Part shown: positions 58,877 through 64,000 of the stretch, piece by piece
Layout of the letters: the number at the start of each line of letters is the position of its first letter
Numbering within the stretch: position 1 is the first letter of the stretch
Origin: an uncultured Thermotogae bacterium
Lineage (GTDB): Bacteria; Bipolaricaulota; Bipolaricaulia; M55B111
Assembly: GCA_964614065.1 (NCBI GenBank)
Contig: CAZTJJ010000001.1
Location: 9,028 to 73,027 of the forward strand
Length of the DNA: 64,000 nucleotides
Direction: 5' to 3'
Notes under the pieces: generated by a model
The model's input: the letters and a program-made list of their open reading frames with translations, nothing else
Database searches by the model: none
Told to the model about the DNA's origin: nothing
Program-made: the position numbers and the translations under genes

Positions 58877-59965
58877 ATGGCTGACTTTACTATCTACGTA
58901 GTGATTATGGCTGGAGGTGCGGGGACGCGTTTATGGCCGTTGAGCACTTCCTCCAAACCTAAGCAGTTTATAGATATCGATGGTCAATCCCTTCTATCAA
59001 AGACCTTCAAACGGATTGAGCCCTTTGTTCCCCGGGAAAGGGTTTTAGTCGTAACGGGGGAGGCTCATGGAGAGCTTGTGTCAAAGTGTTTGCCCGATTT
59101 GCCAGAGCAGAACATAATAGAAGAACCAGTTGGTAGGAATACAGCGCCATGCATTGGTCTTTCCGCAATCTACTCTCGAAAGTATCTGGGCCTGGAGGCC
59201 GATAGTTCTGTTATGGTAGTTCTTCCCGCTGATCACTTGGTGAAAAAAGGATCCGAATTCAGGGAAATCCTGAGTCTTGCTTCTGAGGTTGCGTACTCCG
59301 AGGGGAGTTATGTAACTCTGGGAATTGAACCAAACAAGCCTGCAACTGGTTATGGTTATATCAAAGCGGGCGACTTCTTAGATGATTACAGTCCTGCTAG
59401 GAAAGTAGTCAGTTTTACTGAGAAACCAGATTACGCTAAAGCTAAGAAGTTCCTTGAAGCCGGCAATTATTTCTGGAATAGCGGAACCTTTATCTGGAGA
59501 ACCGACGTGTTACTTCAAGGTTTTAAAAAATATTTGCCCACGATACTCACGGGGTTGGAGGATATTGAAGATTCCTTTGGTATAGAAGATGAACATGAGG
59601 TTCTGGAAGGGGTTTATGATAAATTTGAATCGATTTCTATTGACTACGGTTTAATGGAAAAAGCCGAGAATGCAGTTGTGATACCTGCATCCTTTGGTTG
59701 GAGCGACCTTGGTGATTGGCCTAGCTTGGAGCTGGTTTTGCCGGAGAGTGAAGGAGGGAATAATTATTCTGGAGACGTTTCTTTTCAGGATTCAAGGGAT
59801 AGTTTAGTGTATAACGAAACTGACAAACCTGCGGTGTTACTAGGCGTGGAAGATTTGGTCGTTGTGAACGTCCAAAAGGCCTTGCTAGTTATGAAGAAAG
59901 GGAAAGCACAGCAGGTGAAACAGATAGCTAAGGAGTTTGACAAGGCAGTGGGAGGAGAAAAATGA
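58877..59965 (+). CDS. manC: Mannose-1-phosphate guanylyltransferase.
   Basis: 'VIMAGGAGTRLWPLS' nucleotidyltransferase motif. Confidence 0.85.
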   Translation: MADFTIYVVIMAGGAGTRLWPLSTSSKPKQFIDIDGQSLLSKTFKRIEPFVPRERVLVVTGEAHGELVSKCLPDLPEQNIIEEPVGRNTAPCIGLSAIYSRKYLGLEADSSVMVVLPADHLVKKGSEFREILSLASEVAYSEGSYVTLGIEPNKPATGYGYIKAGDFLDDYSPARKVVSFTEKPDYAKAKKFLEAGNYFWNSGTFIWRTDVLLQGFKKYLPTILTGLEDIEDSFGIEDEHEVLEGVYDKFESISIDYGLMEKAENAVVIPASFGWSDLGDWPSLELVLPESEGGNNYSGDVSFQDSRDSLVYNETDKPAVLLGVEDLVVVNVQKALLVMKKGKAQQVKQIAKEFDKAVGGEK

Positions 59966-61011
59966 TTCTTGATGATGAAGAGAAAATGAAAGAATTAGAT
60001 CCCGAAGGAATGCTTGAGGACCTGGATACTTTTCCAGAACAATGTGCTGAGGCTTTGTCTATTGGCGCCGACTTAGATTTGCCGGTTGATCTGACAGGTT
60101 TGGGTCGAGTTATTGTTACTGGGATGGGTGGATCCGCCATTTCGGGTGACCTACTGGCCAGGTTGTTGGACCTTCCTGTGGTCTCGAATCGAGGGTATAT
60201 GTTGCCCAGATATGTTGATAGTGATGATTTATTGGTTGCCATCAGTTATTCTGGCAATACAGAGGAAACGCTATCCGCGTTAGAAGATGGTTTGAGTAGA
60301 GGGATGGATGTGATATGTCTTTCTACCGGCGGGCTACTGGAAGACTTTTGCTTTCAACGAGATTTGCCAATGATCAAAATACCTACAGGCCATCAACCCA
60401 GGGCGTCGACCGGTTACATATTGTTTCCATTGTTGGAGATATTCCGACGTGCTAATTTTGCTGGTACTTTGGATACACAGAGTCTAATTGAGGCTCTTGA
60501 GAGTATGAGAGATGATTGGAACAGTTCGGTAGAGGTACGACATAACAAACCAAAAGAAATCGCGAAGGAATTTCGGGACAAGATACCTATTATTTACGGT
60601 ACGAAGTTTAACACGGAAGCAGTGGCGTTCCGATGGAAAACTCAAGTTAATGAGAACGCTAAACAACCTGCTTTCTGGAACGTGTTCCCCGAATTGAACC
60701 ATAATGAGATTGTGGGGTATGAACTTCATAATACCTTGCTGGACAATGCAAAGGTAGTACTGTTAAGGAATGACTTTGATATAGAACGCAATGTAAACAG
60801 AATGGAGATTATGCAGGAAATATTTGACGCTGAAAAGATTGACTACGAAGTCGTAAAAGCTCCCCGGGGAGATAAGTATACGGGGATATTAGGCCAGGTT
60901 TACTTTGGTGATTACTTTTCGGTTTATTTGGCGATGCTCAATAAGGTCGATCCGTCCCCCGTCAGATTGATTGAGGATTTCAAGAAGAAGCTTGAAAGTT
61001 ACCAAAATTAG
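59962..61011 (+). CDS. Bifunctional phosphoglucose/phosphomannose isomerase (SIS-domain, archaeal-type PGI/PMI).
   Basis: 'GMGGSAISGDLLA' SIS motif; 349 aa; overlaps manC. Confidence 0.8.
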   Translation: MILDDEEKMKELDPEGMLEDLDTFPEQCAEALSIGADLDLPVDLTGLGRVIVTGMGGSAISGDLLARLLDLPVVSNRGYMLPRYVDSDDLLVAISYSGNTEETLSALEDGLSRGMDVICLSTGGLLEDFCFQRDLPMIKIPTGHQPRASTGYILFPLLEIFRRANFAGTLDTQSLIEALESMRDDWNSSVEVRHNKPKEIAKEFRDKIPIIYGTKFNTEAVAFRWKTQVNENAKQPAFWNVFPELNHNEIVGYELHNTLLDNAKVVLLRNDFDIERNVNRMEIMQEIFDAEKIDYEVVKAPRGDKYTGILGQVYFGDYFSVYLAMLNKVDPSPVRLIEDFKKKLESYQN

Positions 61012-61078
61012 CCGAGGAAGCCCCAGAGCTTGCCCTGGGGAGGAATCGGCTGGGTCAATTTCCGGTTATTGACCTAAA
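61001..61078. repeat. Copy E of the repeat family. It starts with the 22-mer shared with 31111-31132, and this copy contains the pgi/pmi stop codon.
   Basis: Exact 22-nt identity ACCAAAATTAGCCGAGGAAGCC; followed by the hairpin CCCCAG-N8-CTGGGG and GGTTATTGAC. Confidence 0.7.
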
Positions 61079-61084
61079 GGTTCT

Positions 61085-61140
61085 GTTGTTCATGTGTCTT
61101 TTTCAAGCCCCGTCCATTGGGGCGGGGTTCTTGACTAACT
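61085..61140. repeat. Copy C, a partial 3' end of the ~90-bp repeat.
   Basis: CTTTTTCAAGCCCCGTCCATTGGGGCGGGGTTCTTGACTAA matches the 3' 40 nt of copies A and B, with compensatory changes in the G/C hairpin. Confidence 0.65.
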
Positions 61141-61329
61141 TATAATTTTGTAAGATTTGAAAGTCAATGAGATTGGCAATGAATCTAAATTCGGATTCAT
61201 TGTTGTTGAAACGACTATGACAGGTAGTTTGAAAAAGTGACGTTAATTGTTAGAATACTTTTATAAGCATGTAGTAGTCCAAAGTTTGGTTGGCTTTATA
61301 AGCAAGGGTGGTTCTTGTGAATTCTAGAA

Positions 61330-61680
61330 TTGAAAGAGGCGACGATGAAAGCTGACTACAAATATAGACGGTGTTATGTAGATGGAGAGGGTAATGTCGT
61401 CAACCCGAAAACGTCATGGGACGACCTGTTAAAATACTATCGTTCTTACAGGAGACTGTTGGGAGTCGGCGATCAAAGTAGATTTTATGCTTCAAGCACT
61501 CCGATGAGAGCGATGAGATTAATTATTGCCGAGAACATTCACAGAGAGAATAAACAAAGAGCTACGGAGCTAGAATCAGAAGATCTAGCGAGAAAGGAGA
61601 AAAAGCGTAAGAAACGTAAGCGAGAGAGGGTAGCCGATCTGGCGGCTGATTACTTGGATAAAGTACACTCTCAATACTGA
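61330..61680 (+). CDS. Hypothetical small protein with a highly basic C-terminal stretch.
   Basis: 116-aa ORF, 'RKEKKRKKRKRER'; no recognisable domain. Confidence 0.4.
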   Translation: MKEATMKADYKYRRCYVDGEGNVVNPKTSWDDLLKYYRSYRRLLGVGDQSRFYASSTPMRAMRLIIAENIHRENKQRATELESEDLARKEKKRKKRKRERVADLAADYLDKVHSQY

Positions 61681-61722
61681 TGGAAAGCTACGTTGGGTAA
61701 GATCATTCTTTTCTGAAAGTAA

Positions 61723-62223
61723 GTGGTTTTGGTTGCCCGGAACCTAGAGGTCGCTATGTCTCACGATAAAGAGGATTTCTCCGAGCTGCTCGCGCTTATT
61801 AGACAAGTTGTGAACTCACGTTCTAAAAACAAAGATAAACTTCAATTAGTTACTGACCTTCTTTACCGGAGAATCGACCGTTATGACTGGGTCGGTTTCT
61901 ACCTAGCCAACCCGTCGAAAAAAACCTTATCGCTTGGTTCGTTTACGGGGGAAGCTACTGAATACACTAGAATTGGATATGGTGAAGGTATCTGTGGCCA
62001 GTCAGCTGAGACAAAGCAGCAGGTTGTGGTTCAGGACGTCTCTAACGAAGAGAATTACCTTAGTTGTAGCTCCAGGGTTAAATCAGAAATAGTAGTACCA
62101 ATATTCTTAAACGGCAGTTTCATTGGGGAGCTAGATATTGATTCTCACTTAATGAACTCTTTCACTGAGGAAGACAAAGAGTTTTTACAACAAGTAGCTG
62201 GCCTAGTTGCGGACATTATGTAG
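61723..62223 (+). CDS. GAF-domain protein (YebR / free methionine-(R)-sulfoxide reductase-like).
   Basis: 166 aa, 'WVGFY...GEGICG...' pattern typical of the small single-GAF family. Confidence 0.7.
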   Translation: MVLVARNLEVAMSHDKEDFSELLALIRQVVNSRSKNKDKLQLVTDLLYRRIDRYDWVGFYLANPSKKTLSLGSFTGEATEYTRIGYGEGICGQSAETKQQVVVQDVSNEENYLSCSSRVKSEIVVPIFLNGSFIGELDIDSHLMNSFTEEDKEFLQQVAGLVADIM

Positions 62224-62270
62224 TTACGTCTATTTTCTTGGAAAGAGCCGGGTTTTACCTTGATTGGTGA

Positions 62271-62804
62271 GTGATGGATAAACAAAGAGTAAGTAAGATG
62301 ATGGCGTATCTGCTTCGCCACGATCCCTCTGGTTTGGAGATAGATGATGAGGGGTTTATCTCTCTTGATTCATTGTTGGAAAAATTGCAGAATCGGTGGC
62401 CGGACTTGACCTGCTCGGATGTGCAGGAGGTAGTTGAAGAGGATACTAAGGGTCGGTATGAAATTACGGATAATGCAGTTCGTGCTCTTTACGGCCATTC
62501 CATCGATGTTGAGACCGATTTGCCCGCTGTGGATGTAGATGTACTTTTTCACGGTACGTCAAGCGGTGCAGCAGAAAGGATTCTCAGGCAGGGTTTAAAA
62601 AGCCAGGCACGTCGCAAAGTTCATCTTTCTTGCAACACAGAGGACGCGGTTCAGGTTGGTAAGCGACATACTCCTGAACCAGTGGTCTTAAAAGTTGATG
62701 CTAAAAGCGCAAGACTATCTGGAGTAAGATTCCAACGAGCATCCCCCCGAGTGTACGTAACGGAATACGTTCCAGCGAAATTTATCAGTCTGTTTCGGAA
62801 ATAA
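62271..62804 (+). CDS. kptA: RNA 2'-phosphotransferase (Tpt1/KptA).
   Basis: 'SKMMAYLLRHDP...' N-terminus and 'HGTS...VHLS' motifs of the KptA family. Confidence 0.85.
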   Translation: MMDKQRVSKMMAYLLRHDPSGLEIDDEGFISLDSLLEKLQNRWPDLTCSDVQEVVEEDTKGRYEITDNAVRALYGHSIDVETDLPAVDVDVLFHGTSSGAAERILRQGLKSQARRKVHLSCNTEDAVQVGKRHTPEPVVLKVDAKSARLSGVRFQRASPRVYVTEYVPAKFISLFRK

Positions 62805-62816
62805 AGGAGCATTCTA

Positions 62817-64000
62817 ATGCCCTCGCTGTTTGATCCTTTGTCCTATAGATACTCTTCGAAGAGAAATCTTGTATTGTCGACAAACGGTATGGTAGCGACG
62901 TCACATCCGCTGGCTGCGCAGGCGGGATTATCCGTACTCAGGAAGGGTGGTAATGCGGTTGACGCTGCTATTGCCACCGCAATGAGCCTCACTGTATTAG
63001 AACCGACCTCAAATGGTATTGGCGGGGATAGTTTTGCTCAGGTTTGGTTTGATGGAGATCTCTATGGACTCAATTCAAGTGGACCTTCACCGAACAAAAT
63101 TTCTCGTAGTGCTTTAGAGAAAAGGGGATTTCATTCAATGCCCAAATTTGGTTGGGAGCCAGTTACCGTACCCGGTATTCCCGCCGCGTGGGCTGAACTT
63201 TCTTCTAGATTTGGAGTTTTGTCTTTACGCGATGTTGCAGGTCCTGCCATTGATTACGCTGAGAGAGGGTATCCCATTCAACCCACTCTGGGTAAGTACT
63301 GGAGGAAAGCTTATAATGTTTATTCGGGCCTTGAAGGTGTACTATTTGAGAGCTGGCTGGATACGTTTACTTTGGATGGTGAACCTCCGCAAGTCGGTGA
63401 TGTATGGAGATCTCTTGATCACGCAGAAACGCTCCGCTCCATTGCAAAAACAGACGCAAACTCTTTCTATCAGGGAAAACTGGCTGAAAAAATAGACCAG
63501 TTTTCACGAGAGACAGGGGGATTCCTCAGGGGTTCTGATTTATCGTCTTTTGAGCCGAAATGGGTTGATCCTATAACCGTAAACTACAGAGGATACGATG
63601 TCTGGGAGCTCCCGCCCAATGGCCAAGGCCTTGTAAGTTTGATTGCTCTTAATATTCTTAGTGAATACGATTTGAATCCTCTTATGGCTGCCGACTACTG
63701 CCACAAACAAATCGAATCGATTAAACTGGCGTTTATGGATGGTAAGAAATACATTACTGATCCCAAGTATATGGATGTATCCTACGAGGAGTTTTTGGGA
63801 CGGGACTGTACCCTCAAAAGAAAAAAACAAATTGGCGAAGGCGTTATGGAACCCGAAGGAAAGCACCCAGGGGAGAAGGGAACTGTATATTTAGCTACTG
63901 CCGATGGACAGGGGAATATGGTTTCGTATATTCAGAGCAATTATATGGGTTTTGGGTCCGGTTTAGTTGTACCGGGTACGGGGATTGCATTGCAAAATCG
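62817..64000 (+). CDS. ggt: Gamma-glutamyltransferase-family protein, 3' partial (continues past the window end).
   Basis: Missed by the ORF track because it is cut by the window edge. The open frame from ATG at 62817 (RBS AAGGAGC) gives 'GMVATSHPLAAQAGLSVLRKGGNAVDAAIATAMSLTVLEPTSNGIGGD', the typical GGT N-terminus. Confidence 0.8.
   Translation, partial: MPSLFDPLSYRYSSKRNLVLSTNGMVATSHPLAAQAGLSVLRKGGNAVDAAIATAMSLTVLEPTSNGIGGDSFAQVWFDGDLYGLNSSGPSPNKISRSALEKRGFHSMPKFGWEPVTVPGIPAAWAELSSRFGVLSLRDVAGPAIDYAERGYPIQPTLGKYWRKAYNVYSGLEGVLFESWLDTFTLDGEPPQVGDVWRSLDHAETLRSIAKTDANSFYQGKLAEKIDQFSRETGGFLRGSDLSSFEPKWVDPITVNYRGYDVWELPPNGQGLVSLIALNILSEYDLNPLMAADYCHKQIESIKLAFMDGKKYITDPKYMDVSYEEFLGRDCTLKRKKQIGEGVMEPEGKHPGEKGTVYLATADGQGNMVSYIQSNYMGFGSGLVVPGTGIALQN

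Noticed and set aside
63148-63866. ORFs 63148-63495 (+) and 63540-63866 (-)
   Set aside because: Off-frame or antisense within the ggt gene, whose frame starting at 62817 is continuous to the window end.

Overview
This 64-kb window reads as a bacterial chromosomal segment from an anaerobic, probably uncultivated lineage, about 45% GC. Gene content suggests an acetogen-like, FCB-type bacterium with T9SS-style C-terminal sorting domains. The core genes are recognisable: rtcB (partial)-archease-thpR, a long SRP RNA, tRNA-Ser, topA, a sigma-70 factor, a patatin-like phospholipase, groESL with CIRCE, an htrA-response regulator-histidine kinase unit, a P-type ATPase, hrcA-grpE-dnaK-dnaJ with CIRCE, an M42 peptidase, oppABC, the tRNA-Thr/Tyr/Thr-tuf-rpmG-tRNA-Trp-secE-nusG-rplKAJL-rpoB cluster, Nudix, an MBL hydrolase, priA, manC, pgi/pmi, a GAF protein, kptA and ggt (partial). 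The candidate new systems are: (1) a Tat-less [NiFe] hydrogenase small/large pair translationally coupled to metV-metF, a possible H2-dependent methylene-THF reductase, and the large subunit ends exactly at the DPCxxCxxH histidine. (2) A Feo-like module (dtxR-feoA-feoA-feoB G-domain only-feoC-like-DUF4213/DUF364) with no FeoB permease, next to a P-type ATPase. (3) An EF-G paralogue with the catalytic PGH replaced by PGA. (4) A PriA with degenerate Walker A/B motifs. (5) An S8 protease with a T9SS-like CTD, a FadL/PorV-like barrel and a 1321-aa outer-membrane protein in one operon. (6) A family of short intergenic repeats (G-rich hairpin plus TTGACT), one copy overlapping the pgi stop codon. 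Also notable: rpoB is not followed by rpoC, and there is a 413-nt structured rplJ-rplL spacer. All calls come from reading the sequence and recognising motifs; no database searches were run.
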